Shown here piece after piece: positions 37,447 through 46,715 of a DNA stretch of 64,000 bases; position 1 is the first letter of the stretch, and the number at the start of each line of letters is the position of its first letter. The notes under the pieces are model-generated. The model was not told the DNA's origin. It did not search any database and saw only the letters and a list, made by a program, of their open reading frames with translations. The stretch lies in the NCBI GenBank assembly GCA_963797095.1, contig CAWCNY010000002.1:1056001-1120000 (forward strand), in the 5' to 3' direction. The stretch is from an uncultured Chloroflexia bacterium. GTDB lineage: Bacteria > Chloroflexota > Chloroflexia > QHBQ01 > JADMIH01. The translations under genes were made by a program, and so were the position numbers.

Positions 37447-38628
37447 ATGAGCACGCTTCGCAGTTTGCGGGAGAGAAAAGGATTTACAGTATCGCAGTTG
37501 GCGGCAAAAGCCAGCATCCCTTCCAGGCTTATCGCCGATTATGAAGAGGGCAAGACCTCGATCACCCTCACCCATGCCAGATTGCTTGCCAAAGCCTTGT
37601 GGGTAGGGATCGAGGACCTGATGCCCCCAGCCGGGGCTATACCTCCCTCGCCATCGCAATCGCCGCCTGTGCAGTCCGCACCACCTGTGCAGAGGCAGGC
37701 CCCTTCCCCTCCACAGACGGCCCAGCGTCCGGCGCCGCCCCCTCCGAGGCAAGCGCCCGATCCGGGCACCGGTGGCGGGCAGAGCCAGACCTACGGGCGG
37801 AGCCAGACCTACGGGCAAGCGCAAGGGCAGGGTTACAGGCAGGACAGGCACGATTATCCCGGAGGCCAGAGCACACGTGTGGATACCCCACGTCCCCAAC
37901 GGCCCGCTGGTTATGAAGGCCGAGAGGGTGGTCATGGGCAGCATAGAGGAGCGGGAGATAGCGCGGGTGGTGGCCGTCAGGTGCGCAGCCCGCGCCCTGC
38001 ACCTCCGCCGCCCAGCGCTATTAGCGAGGGCCAGGTCCAGGAGCTTGAACGATTAGCTGTCAAGTTAGAGATTACACTTGAGCAATTGGAAGAGCGAATC
38101 GGCAAGAAGGTGCCGGAGTTGAGCAGGCCCGAAGCCAAAGATTGGATCAAGCGAGTGCGCGGCATGGCGGAGGAACTTGCACCCAGCAAGAAAGCGGCTT
38201 ACGGCCAATGGCCCGGCGGCCACGTCGATCAGGAAGCGTCGTACCTCGCTTCACAGAAAGAGGCAGGTGCCTATTTCCGGTTCAAATTGTTCAACGGAGA
38301 AGAGATCGGCGGCACAATCACCGATTTCACCCCCTACACGATCACGATCAGCTCGAACGGAAGCGGTGATGACGTTGTGCTGCGCAAGCTTGCCATCGCC
38401 TACTACCGGCGTAGCGACCAGCCCGCTGCCGGAGAGGAGCCTGCGTCTGCGGATGCCACTTCCCAGGCAGCCCCAAAGCGCACCCGCGCATCCAAAGCGC
38501 ACGCCCCCACGCATAACCACGAGCGCGACGATCAGCACCAACCTCTCGCTACAGGCATAGATTCCGACCGCCCCGATGAGCCGGGAGCGCCCGAAGTCGA
38601 CAATATGGACGAAGATCGGGGGCTGTAG
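37447..38628 (+). CDS. XRE HTH - disordered linker - helical bundle - Hfq/Sm-like domain fusion protein
   Basis: LRSLRERKGFTVSQLAAKASIPSRLIADYEEG (HTH); QEASYLASQKEAGAYFRFKLFNGEEIGGTITDFTPYTITI...VVLRKLAIAYY (Hfq-like). Confidence 0.8.
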   Translation: MSTLRSLRERKGFTVSQLAAKASIPSRLIADYEEGKTSITLTHARLLAKALWVGIEDLMPPAGAIPPSPSQSPPVQSAPPVQRQAPSPPQTAQRPAPPPPRQAPDPGTGGGQSQTYGRSQTYGQAQGQGYRQDRHDYPGGQSTRVDTPRPQRPAGYEGREGGHGQHRGAGDSAGGGRQVRSPRPAPPPPSAISEGQVQELERLAVKLEITLEQLEERIGKKVPELSRPEAKDWIKRVRGMAEELAPSKKAAYGQWPGGHVDQEASYLASQKEAGAYFRFKLFNGEEIGGTITDFTPYTITISSNGSGDDVVLRKLAIAYYRRSDQPAAGEEPASADATSQAAPKRTRASKAHAPTHNHERDDQHQPLATGIDSDRPDEPGAPEVDNMDEDRGL

Positions 38629-38630
38629 CC

Positions 38631-39089
38631 ATGAGCCTGAGCGACTACATAAAGTACCAGAGGGCTTTGAAGGGCGGCCTGACGCCCTGGGAGATCGCGG
38701 AGGGAAGTGGAGTGCCATCGCGCGAGGTGCACCTCATCGAGGTGAAGCACAGGCGCATGGGCGAAGATGACTCCGTCCTTCAGAAACTGGCCGACTACTT
38801 CGGAGTGCCCATAGCTGAGCTTGCGGGCAGGCGCGAGGCATACCGCAAGCGGATGATCTCGTTCCTGGAGGACTATATTCGCGACGAGCGAACGGTGAGC
38901 CTCCGGCTGGAAGGCGGTGAGGAGGTCGGAGGCGTGCCCATCTGGTATTCCAGGGAAGCGGTAGCGCTACGTGCCCAGGATGCAACCGAGGAATCAGATG
39001 ATTTGTGTATAGTGCAGAGGGCATGGGTGGCGGATTGGAAAGCGGGTGACGCGCCTGATTGGGAAGTGGGAGCGCCTGCCACTCTATAG
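38631..39089 (+). CDS. XRE HTH - Sm/Hfq-like domain fusion protein
   Basis: LSDYIKYQRALKGGLTPWEIAEGSGV...LQKLADYFGVPIAEL; ISFLEDYIRDERTVSLRLEGGEEVGG...IVQRAWVADW; starts 2 nt after the upstream stop. Confidence 0.7.
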   Translation: MSLSDYIKYQRALKGGLTPWEIAEGSGVPSREVHLIEVKHRRMGEDDSVLQKLADYFGVPIAELAGRREAYRKRMISFLEDYIRDERTVSLRLEGGEEVGGVPIWYSREAVALRAQDATEESDDLCIVQRAWVADWKAGDAPDWEVGAPATL

Positions 39090-39096
39090 ACACTGA

Positions 39097-39122
39097 GAGA
39101 CCCGCCGCCTGGCGGGTTTTCT
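39097..39122 (+). terminator. Intrinsic terminator
   Basis: acccgcc-gcct-ggcgggt followed by a T-tract. Confidence 0.7.
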
Positions 39123-39128
39123 GTTACT

Positions 39129-40292
39129 ATGGTGAACCCGATGGTAGATGCACAGGCAAGCGCAGGACTAAAGGAAGAACTGGACCCTGAGCGGCAGGAG
39201 AAGGCGCGCCGCTACGCACGTATTCAGCGTATATTTTCGTTCGTTGACCTCGCTATCGTAGCAGTTGTGCTCGTGCTGCTCCTGGTCACTAACCTGTCCA
39301 TTGGTCTTCGTGACTGGGTCGAGGGCATGGGCGGGCCGCGCCTGCTGAGCGTCGCTTTGTACGGAATTGTGGTGAGTGCGGTGTTTATCATCCTCTCATT
39401 GCCCCTCGACTTCTACAGTGATTATGTGCTCCCGAAGCGCTACGGTTTGCTGACTCAGAGCCTGGGCGGGTGGGCGCTCAATTCGGTCAAAAGCCTGGTC
39501 CTAACGGGTGTGCTGGGGCTGCTGGGGCTTGAGGCGTTATACATCTTGCTCGATGCCTGGCCTCAGTGGTGGTGGGTCGCGATGGCGGCTCTGCTGTGGC
39601 TCTTCTCGGTGGCGGCTGCGTGGCTTGCGCCTTTACTGCTCATGCCTCTCTTCTACAAGTTCAAGCCTCTCGACGATCCTGAGTTGGTGGCCCGACTTAC
39701 CAGGCTGGCAGAACAGGCCGGGACGCGGGTAGAGGGCGTCTATGTGATGGATATGAGCAGCAGGACTACCGCCGCCAATGCCATGCTGGCGGGTATGGGC
39801 AGCACCCGCCGTATCATCCTGGGCGATACCTTGCTGGCTAATTATACTTACGACGAAATAGAAACGGTGCTGGCCCACGAGTTGGCTCACCACGTGCACA
39901 ACGACCTGCTGCTAGGGTTGGCCGCCCAGGCCGTCATTATCACTGTGGGCATGTGGGTTGCCTCTGTGCTGCTTGCCTGGGGTGTTGGAGCCTTTGGGTT
40001 CAGCAGTGTTGCCGACATAGCGGCCTTGCCGTTATTCGTGCTGACAATGAGCGTCTTCGGACTTGTGACAGCCCCTCTTGTCAACTTCCTATCGAGGGGC
40101 AGAGAGCGCGCCGCTGACCTATACGCCCTGAAGACCACAGGCAACGTGCAGGCGTTCCGCTCGATGATGCTCAAGTTAGCAAACCAGAACCTCTCGGACG
40201 CCAACCCACCCGCCTGGGTGCGCATAATGTTCTACAGCCACCCGCCCGTAGCCGAAAGAGTAAAGCTGGCCGAAGCAAGAAGTGAGACGTGA
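39129..40292 (+). CDS. M48 (Ste24/HtpX-like) membrane zinc metalloprotease
   Basis: ANAMLAG, RRIILGDTLL, VLAHELAH, ERAADLYA, YSHPPVAERV. Confidence 0.92.
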   Translation: MVNPMVDAQASAGLKEELDPERQEKARRYARIQRIFSFVDLAIVAVVLVLLLVTNLSIGLRDWVEGMGGPRLLSVALYGIVVSAVFIILSLPLDFYSDYVLPKRYGLLTQSLGGWALNSVKSLVLTGVLGLLGLEALYILLDAWPQWWWVAMAALLWLFSVAAAWLAPLLLMPLFYKFKPLDDPELVARLTRLAEQAGTRVEGVYVMDMSSRTTAANAMLAGMGSTRRIILGDTLLANYTYDEIETVLAHELAHHVHNDLLLGLAAQAVIITVGMWVASVLLAWGVGAFGFSSVADIAALPLFVLTMSVFGLVTAPLVNFLSRGRERAADLYALKTTGNVQAFRSMMLKLANQNLSDANPPAWVRIMFYSHPPVAERVKLAEARSET

Positions 40293-40320
40293 GGACGAAG
40301 CATCCGCAAGAGCAATCCCG

Positions 40321-40400
40321 AAAACTATACCAAAGTACACCCCAAAACCTGTCCAGATTTGTCCCACCAATGCCATTTAGTAAGTGAGGCCGAATCCAAC
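40321..40400. repeat. Dispersed intergenic element, second copy at 63888-63990
   Basis: aaaactAtaccaaagtacaccccaaaacctgtcc vs aaaactGtaccaaagtacaccccaaaacctgtcc (33/34 identical), with weaker similarity continuing downstream. Confidence 0.8.
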
Positions 40401-40592
40401 ACCAGGATCGAGCATCAAGCAGAAAAGCACCAGCAACCAAAGGTCCACATCCGGTGATCAGAAGTCGCAATCAGGAAGTAGGAACTAGGAACCAGGAACT
40501 CGCTACATCTCCTTGCAGTATAGTGAGCAGCAGACTATAATCGCATGCTAGGTGGGAGTGCGATCCTCATTCGATTGGAAAGGAGCGGTCTC

Positions 40593-41351
40593 ATGGGGGA
40601 ATTGGTACGCATTGGCCTGGTTGGTGAATACAACGCGAACGTGAAGGCGCATAAAGCTTTGCCAATCGCGCTTGCTATGGCAGCCGAGCAGGTTGGCTGC
40701 GACGTAGAGACCGTGTGGCTTACCACTCCTCAACTTGCCGAAGACCTTGACCATGCCAGGCGGCTCGACGGTATCTGGGTAACGCCGAACAGCCCTTACG
40801 CAAGCCTGGAGGGCGCTCTCGGCGTGATCAGGATGGCGCGAGAAGAGCACAAACCCTTCATGGGCACATGCGGCGGCTTCCAGCACGTCCTCATAGAGTA
40901 CGCACGCGATGTGCTTGGCATCCTCGATGCGGAACATGCCGAATCGAACCCCGATGCTTCGGTGCTTTTCGTCACCCCATTAGTGTGCGCCTTGCGCGAC
41001 GTCAAAGGCCCGATCTATCTCAGGCCAGGGTCTAGGATCAGCCGCATCTACGGTGTTGAGGAGACATTAGAAGAGTATAATTGCGGGTTCGGCCTCAACC
41101 CCACCTATCGAGCGATGATCGAAGAGAGCGCGGCCGAGATCACAGGCCGGGACATCGAGGGAGATGCGCGAGTGCTCGAATTGTCCGCCGAGCGCCACCC
41201 CTTCTTCATAGCAACCCTCTACCAGCCTGAACGGTCGGCGCTGGCTGGCGAGCGCCACCCATTGATTACGGCCTACATGCAGGCCGTTATGCAGACAAAG
41301 AGCGCGGTGGCTCAGTTTAGCACTGCCGAGCGACTACCGGTAGGACGGTAA
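40593..41351 (+). CDS. Stand-alone CTP-synthase-C-terminal-like glutamine amidotransferase
   Basis: AAGGAG RBS; RIGLVGEY, DGIWVTPNSPY, GTCGGFQH, HPFFIATLYQPER. Confidence 0.85.
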   Translation: MGELVRIGLVGEYNANVKAHKALPIALAMAAEQVGCDVETVWLTTPQLAEDLDHARRLDGIWVTPNSPYASLEGALGVIRMAREEHKPFMGTCGGFQHVLIEYARDVLGILDAEHAESNPDASVLFVTPLVCALRDVKGPIYLRPGSRISRIYGVEETLEEYNCGFGLNPTYRAMIEESAAEITGRDIEGDARVLELSAERHPFFIATLYQPERSALAGERHPLITAYMQAVMQTKSAVAQFSTAERLPVGR

Positions 41352-41382
41352 GTAAATCTCACGGCGCGAAAGAGAGGTCATA

Positions 41383-42567
41383 ATGGCCGACATCACAGAC
41401 ACAAGCCGTCTCGACTACACAAGAGAGAGCACCAAGCCCAATGGTAAAGCCACAGCGGGAGGCGGACTGGTTGGCCGTGAGGATCCGTTGGCGAAGGTGC
41501 TGGAGTGGGATTGGGGCACGGCCTACGAGATGCTTTTCAGCCTCCATACTATCCTGCGGCCCAAAGAGCACGGCATCCCGGCCCCCTGGGCGGCGGGCGT
41601 GCGCAAGCGGCTCTCTCCCCAGTCACAGTCCGACCTCAAGCTCTTTTTCAGCATGCCCTTCGGCTACCTGGCTTATTCCCCTATGCATCTTATCCTGGGG
41701 ATGAACAAGCCCAAGAACGTCAAGCGGTTTCTCGACCTGGTGAGCGGCATACCGGATGACGAGTTCTCGAACAGGGTGCACTTGCCCATCGTGGGCGATG
41801 AAAGCCTTAAGCGCCTTATGGACAAGGCCGCCGAAGGCAAGCGAATGAGCGAGGTCGATGTGGAGGAATATCGCCGGATCGTCGCCATGTCGGCAGGGCG
41901 AAGTGCTCCCAGCGCGACCGAGATACGCAGGCTCTTCTCGGAGATGGGCGACTCGGCTGGCACCAAGCAGCGCTGGCTCTCTCTACTGCGCGAGTACCAG
42001 GCGGTCTATTTTGCCGAGGAAGAGAAGCGTGTGGGACCGGTGCTTGAGAAGATGGTGGCCGATGCCCAGAAACTGGCGAAGAAGACCACAGTGCCCGACC
42101 TGATAGAGCGGCTTTCCAACGGCTTCACCCTGAGCCAGGATTTCGATCTGCAAAGGCTGGTGCTCATCCCTTCCGTGTGGGCGCACCCCTTTGTGATCAG
42201 GTTCGAGCCTGCTGACAGAGAATACTTCGTGGCCTGGGGCGCGCACCCACCAGGCTACCGGCTGGTTCCCGGCGAGTCGGTGCCGGACGATGCGCTGCTG
42301 GTACTTCGCGCCCTGGGCGACCCGACGCGCCTGCGCCTGCTGCGCCTGTTGAGCGCCGAGCCGAGGTCGCCGCAATCGCTGGCAATCGAATTGAAGTTAA
42401 GCCTGCCCACCGTATCGCACCACATGCGCGAGCTGAGGATCGCGGGCCTGATCAGGATCGAGGTCGCGGGCAAGGGACGTGAGAGCAAGTACACCGTCAG
42501 GTGGCCCAGCGCCCGCCGAGCCTTTGAGCAACTGGAAGAGTTTGTCCTGCGTTCAGGGGAAGAGTGA
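41383..42567 (+). CDS. ArsR-family regulator with long N-terminal (DUF5937-like) domain
   Basis: C-terminal LRALGDPTRLRLLRLL...LAIELKLSLPTVSHHMRELRIAGLI; LVLIPSVW. Confidence 0.85.
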   Translation: MADITDTSRLDYTRESTKPNGKATAGGGLVGREDPLAKVLEWDWGTAYEMLFSLHTILRPKEHGIPAPWAAGVRKRLSPQSQSDLKLFFSMPFGYLAYSPMHLILGMNKPKNVKRFLDLVSGIPDDEFSNRVHLPIVGDESLKRLMDKAAEGKRMSEVDVEEYRRIVAMSAGRSAPSATEIRRLFSEMGDSAGTKQRWLSLLREYQAVYFAEEEKRVGPVLEKMVADAQKLAKKTTVPDLIERLSNGFTLSQDFDLQRLVLIPSVWAHPFVIRFEPADREYFVAWGAHPPGYRLVPGESVPDDALLVLRALGDPTRLRLLRLLSAEPRSPQSLAIELKLSLPTVSHHMRELRIAGLIRIEVAGKGRESKYTVRWPSARRAFEQLEEFVLRSGEE

Positions 42568-44486
42568 GGCGCGATAGCCCAGGTCAACAAGACACCGCGG
42601 AGACGCGCATCGCGTCTTTTCTCCGGTCCGTGACAACCCCCACTTCCATAAAGACCGCCCTCCTGGCGATTGCGCTTCTGTATCTGGTGGGCCTGGCTGT
42701 CATGCCTCCGGAGGGTCTGACCCACCACGACACCGGGGCCAAATACTTGCAGGTGCGCAACTTGCGCATCACCATGAGCGGCCTCGATTACTCGATCAAC
42801 TATCCGGCGCGCAACCTCGACCCTACTTTGCAATGGGTGCCGTTTCAGGAGAAGCAATACTACATAGACTACCGCGAGGGGCAGGATCACGGGCTTATCT
42901 ACTTACAGTGGCCTATCTTTCTCGGTCTGCTAACGCGCATACCCTGGAAAGTGCTGGGGTTCTGGGGCCTGTATGTTGTGCCTTTTCTGGGGGGCATAGG
43001 CGTTTGCTGGGCGACTTTCCGGCTGGCTCTGGCATTGGGCGTGCCCAGGCTCGTAGGGTGGGTAGCCGCGCCACTGGTGGGTCTCGCGACCCCTCTCGCG
43101 ATCTACTCCCTACTCTTTTTCGAGCACACCCTGGCGGCCATGTTGGTCGCTCTGAGCCTCCTTTTCGCGGCCAGGAGCGTGACCGGGGGCGGTCGCCACG
43201 CTATGGCTTTGAGCGCGGTAGCTCTGGCGGTTGCGGTCTATTTCCGGTCGGAGTTGTATGTGCTGGCGGCGGTAATGGGGCTTGTATACGCGCTGCTGGC
43301 TTTGCGCTGGCGCGACTGGCGGGCGTGCCTGCTGGTGTGGGTTGGGGCCTTTGCCCTGGCGCTGGTGCCTCTGTGGGCTTTCTACGCCATCACCGAAGGC
43401 ACTCTCTTGCCTCTGCACGCGACGTGGTACTTCGCCGGAAGCTCCGGCGTGGGAGAGGCCGCGCCTGGGCAATCGGGCGGGCTTGAGCTTCCGGCTTTGC
43501 GCTATATAGTGACGGCGGGCTGGCGGGTCGTCCCCGATTTCCTGTTTGGTCCGCAGACTTTTCCTTCGTCGCCCATCTTCCCGGTGTGGGTAGGCGTGCT
43601 GGGCGTAGGTGGCATGATCTTGTGTGCACTGGCGGCGTTTGGGCGAGGACTGGCCCGCAGGTGGGCCAGACTTGGAGATTGGTGGCAGGCATGGGCCTTT
43701 CTGATTGGTATGGCGTCTGTGTGTGTGGCCTCTCTAGCAGTGGCCCTCTTGCCTCAATCTTATCACAACCTGCATGGGTTCGTGCTGGCAAGCCCGTTCG
43801 TCGCTCTAGCTCTGTGGCCGCCTGATAAGATCGTCACTCAGGACGGAATAAGCGCGCACGGCTTGGTTTACGTGATAACCCTCGCGTACATCGTCCTGCA
43901 CGCGCTAATAATCAGCGCATTGAGCGGTCTGGGGCCGATCAGCCGGGCCGAATGGGGCCAGCGCTATTTGCTAGCGGCTTATCCTGGGTTGGTGGCGCTC
44001 GCTATGGCGGCGGCAGTGCGGTTGTGGAATACGGAGCTTGGGAAGCTCGCTGCGAACGCGGAAACCCGCAGGCGCTTCAAGATAGCGTTCGCAACCGTGA
44101 CACTGGCGCTCGTGGGGGTGGGATTGGCCTTCACCATAAGAGGCTATGGCGTGCTCTATTACGAGAAGACGCAGGTGAAGGCGTGGCAGGACCTGGCAAG
44201 CGCGCTGCCCGACCGTGAGCCGCTGGTAACGGACGATTGGTGGCTTCCGCTCAACCTGGCGGCGGTCTTCTATTCGCGGCCTATTATGCTGGCAAGCGAC
44301 GACCGGTTGGCGCAGTGGGCAGGCGGCATGCAGCAGCGCGGAGTGGCTGAATTCGCCTTGATGAGCGACCGGCCCTCGGTATTCGAGGGAGCATGGCGTA
44401 GCAGCGTGCCGAGCTTGGAGCCTGTGAATGGGTTGGTGGAGGTGCGTGGGATCTGGTTGCAGAGGTTCCGGTTCACCGGGCCATAG
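42564..44486 (+). CDS. Polytopic GT-C-fold glycosyltransferase-like membrane protein
   Basis: First loop HHDTGAKYLQ, YSLLFFEHTLA, FRSE, WGQRYLL; many TM helices. Confidence 0.65.
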   Translation: MRRDSPGQQDTAETRIASFLRSVTTPTSIKTALLAIALLYLVGLAVMPPEGLTHHDTGAKYLQVRNLRITMSGLDYSINYPARNLDPTLQWVPFQEKQYYIDYREGQDHGLIYLQWPIFLGLLTRIPWKVLGFWGLYVVPFLGGIGVCWATFRLALALGVPRLVGWVAAPLVGLATPLAIYSLLFFEHTLAAMLVALSLLFAARSVTGGGRHAMALSAVALAVAVYFRSELYVLAAVMGLVYALLALRWRDWRACLLVWVGAFALALVPLWAFYAITEGTLLPLHATWYFAGSSGVGEAAPGQSGGLELPALRYIVTAGWRVVPDFLFGPQTFPSSPIFPVWVGVLGVGGMILCALAAFGRGLARRWARLGDWWQAWAFLIGMASVCVASLAVALLPQSYHNLHGFVLASPFVALALWPPDKIVTQDGISAHGLVYVITLAYIVLHALIISALSGLGPISRAEWGQRYLLAAYPGLVALAMAAAVRLWNTELGKLAANAETRRRFKIAFATVTLALVGVGLAFTIRGYGVLYYEKTQVKAWQDLASALPDREPLVTDDWWLPLNLAAVFYSRPIMLASDDRLAQWAGGMQQRGVAEFALMSDRPSVFEGAWRSSVPSLEPVNGLVEVRGIWLQRFRFTGP

Positions 44487-44494
44487 CTACGTCG

Positions 44495-45142
44495 TCAACC
44501 GATAAGCTCCAGCGTCTTCTGGAGGATAGTAGCCGCCACCACGCCTATCGGAAGCCTGCCATCTATTGTAATGATGCGCTCGCCCGCTTTGCGTGCTTCC
44601 TCGATCAGTTGCAGGTAGTTGGCGTACACAGTGTTCAGGCGCTCCTCGGTCTCATACAATTCCACGTAGTTCCCACGCGACGCTATGCGCTGGCGGCATA
44701 TCTCAGGTGTCACGTCGATGAAGAATGTTACATCGGGAGCCACGGACCTCTGGTTGATGGCGCGCACCCAATCCTGGCCCAAAGTGGCCCCCTGGTACGC
44801 GTAAGACGAGAGGCGATAGCGGTCGCAAATCACGTGGGTGCCTGCTTCCAACCTGGGGAGTATATCGGCGTTGAGGTGGTCGAGACGGTCGGCGGCGAAC
44901 AGGAGGGCTACCACATCATCGCTCAATGGTTGGCTTGGAGGGTAGACCAGTCGGTGGGTAAGTACCTGCCGGATAAGCGAGCCAATAGGCCCGGAGGTCG
45001 GCTCTTTGGTGGCGTTAGAGCGGATATCGCGCTGGGTGAGGCCGGAATGGAGCAGGCCGGTTTGCGTGCTGATACCCGCACCGTCCGGCCCTTCCAGCAC
45101 AATGAAAAGCCCTCTTTTCCGGCTCGAACCGCTATCCGCCAT
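44495..45142 (-). CDS. tmk: Thymidylate kinase
   Basis: FIVLEGPDGAGISTQ, TKEP, LLFAADR, VICDRY..SSYAYQG; GGAGGAGG RBS before ATG 45142. Confidence 0.9.
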   Translation of the reverse strand: MADSGSSRKRGLFIVLEGPDGAGISTQTGLLHSGLTQRDIRSNATKEPTSGPIGSLIRQVLTHRLVYPPSQPLSDDVVALLFAADRLDHLNADILPRLEAGTHVICDRYRLSSYAYQGATLGQDWVRAINQRSVAPDVTFFIDVTPEICRQRIASRGNYVELYETEERLNTVYANYLQLIEEARKAGERIITIDGRLPIGVVAATILQKTLELIG

Positions 45143-45268
45143 GTGTAAACCTCCTCCTTCAGGTGCTGAAATTATAACATAAGGGTCTGGCGGGAGGTGC
45201 GTTAGGTTGCCCACCCCCCGTAAAGGCTTTATACTTTGATCAGGGTTTGTATGGTGAGAGGAAGAGGA

Positions 45269-46021
45269 GTGCGCCGCCGAAACATACTCGGAGTGTGGAT
45301 AGACGACTGTGACGGAGAGCGGGCCGCCCGTGCGGTCGCCGCTTTCCTGCGCGAACAGCCAGCACACCTACACCACGTATGCACCGTGAATCCTGAGTTT
45401 GTGATGGAGGCGCGGGCCAACCCCACCTTCAAGAGCGTGCTCAGCAGCGCGGACCTCTGCACACCTGATGGGGTCGGCATCATCCTGGCGGGCAAGCTCC
45501 TTCGCAGGCCGTTCAGGGGACGCGCTACCGGAGTTGGCCTGGTCCATCATGTGGCGGCACTATCGGCGCGGGAAGGTTACACGCTGTACCTGTTGGGCGC
45601 TGGCCCCAATGTCGCTGAAGAAGCGGCTGCCGCCATCCAGGCGAAGCACCCAGGTGCGAGGGTAGCAGGCACGTTCGCAGGCTCGCCAGGCGACGGTGAT
45701 TGGCCTGCCATCAGGGAGAGGTTGTGGGCCACCCGGCCCGATGTGCTCCTTGTAGCCTATGGCGCGCCGAAGCAGGACCTGTGGATTGCCGAGCACAGGC
45801 ACGACCTGCCGGACAGCATAAAGTTGGCGATGGGTGTCGGCGGTGTGTTCGACTACCTTTCGGGGCGGGTCAAGCTCGCCCCGTGGTGGATGAGGCGCGT
45901 GGGGCTGGAGTGGCTCTTCAGGCTGGTGATGCAGCCCTGGCGCTGGCGGCGTATTTTGCGCGTGTTTGAGTTCGCGCTATTGGTTTTATGGACAAGACTC
46001 AGTAGAATATGGAGCGCATAG
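45269..46021 (+). CDS. WecB/TagA/CpsF-family glycosyltransferase
   Basis: TVNPE, PDGVGI, LYLLGA, LLVAYGAPKQD, MGVGGVFD, GLEWLFRL..QPWRWRR. Alternative start 45251. Confidence 0.92.
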   Translation: MRRRNILGVWIDDCDGERAARAVAAFLREQPAHLHHVCTVNPEFVMEARANPTFKSVLSSADLCTPDGVGIILAGKLLRRPFRGRATGVGLVHHVAALSAREGYTLYLLGAGPNVAEEAAAAIQAKHPGARVAGTFAGSPGDGDWPAIRERLWATRPDVLLVAYGAPKQDLWIAEHRHDLPDSIKLAMGVGGVFDYLSGRVKLAPWWMRRVGLEWLFRLVMQPWRWRRILRVFEFALLVLWTRLSRIWSA

Positions 46022-46073
46022 TATCGGCTAACGAAAGCGTATCAGGTAGCGAACCACTAGCAACGGAAAAAAT

Positions 46074-46649
46074 ATGGCAGCGACAGATTTCAGCAATTAC
46101 GACCCCGAAGTACCTATGTACTGCGCGAACCACCCTGACGTGCAGACCTATCTGCGATGCGGCAAATGCGGCAAGCCGATCTGCGCCCGGTGCCGCGTCA
46201 GTACGCCTGTGGGCTTCCGGTGCTACCAGTGCGCCAACCTACAGGTGTTGCCAACCTACGCGGTAAGCACCGACTACTATGTCAAAAGCTCCATAGCGGG
46301 TTTGCTAGCGGCGGCTATCACGGGCGTGCTCATGGGTGTCTTCCCGGCGTTCGAGTTCTGGTTCGCGCTGGCGATGGGGATTGGGGTGCCGGAGGTGGTG
46401 GCGGCGGCGGCAAACCAGAAGCGCGGGCCTGGCTTGCGGGCGGTCGCGATCTTTTCTATCGCCTTCGGGTTCATTTTGAGTAGAGTGGTGTTGCGCTGGC
46501 AATGGTGGGCGTACCTACCGCTTGGTGGAGTAAATATCCCGCTACATGGAGGCATCTCGTTCCTCGAAGATATCCCGTTCTTCATCAACCAGTACACCAT
46601 ATTGTGGTCTCTGATGGCTATACTCCTGGCTTACCAGCGACTAAAGTAA
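46074..46649 (+). CDS. Membrane protein with N-terminal B-box-like zinc finger
   Basis: CANHP....LRCGKCGKPICARC.....VGFRCYQC followed by TM helices. Confidence 0.8.
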   Translation: MAATDFSNYDPEVPMYCANHPDVQTYLRCGKCGKPICARCRVSTPVGFRCYQCANLQVLPTYAVSTDYYVKSSIAGLLAAAITGVLMGVFPAFEFWFALAMGIGVPEVVAAAANQKRGPGLRAVAIFSIAFGFILSRVVLRWQWWAYLPLGGVNIPLHGGISFLEDIPFFINQYTILWSLMAILLAYQRLK

Positions 46650-46715
46650 GCCTTACCTGGAGAGATAGCGCCGGTGGCAACAGCGAACGATGTCAGTTGT
46701 GTGCTGCGCTACTAA

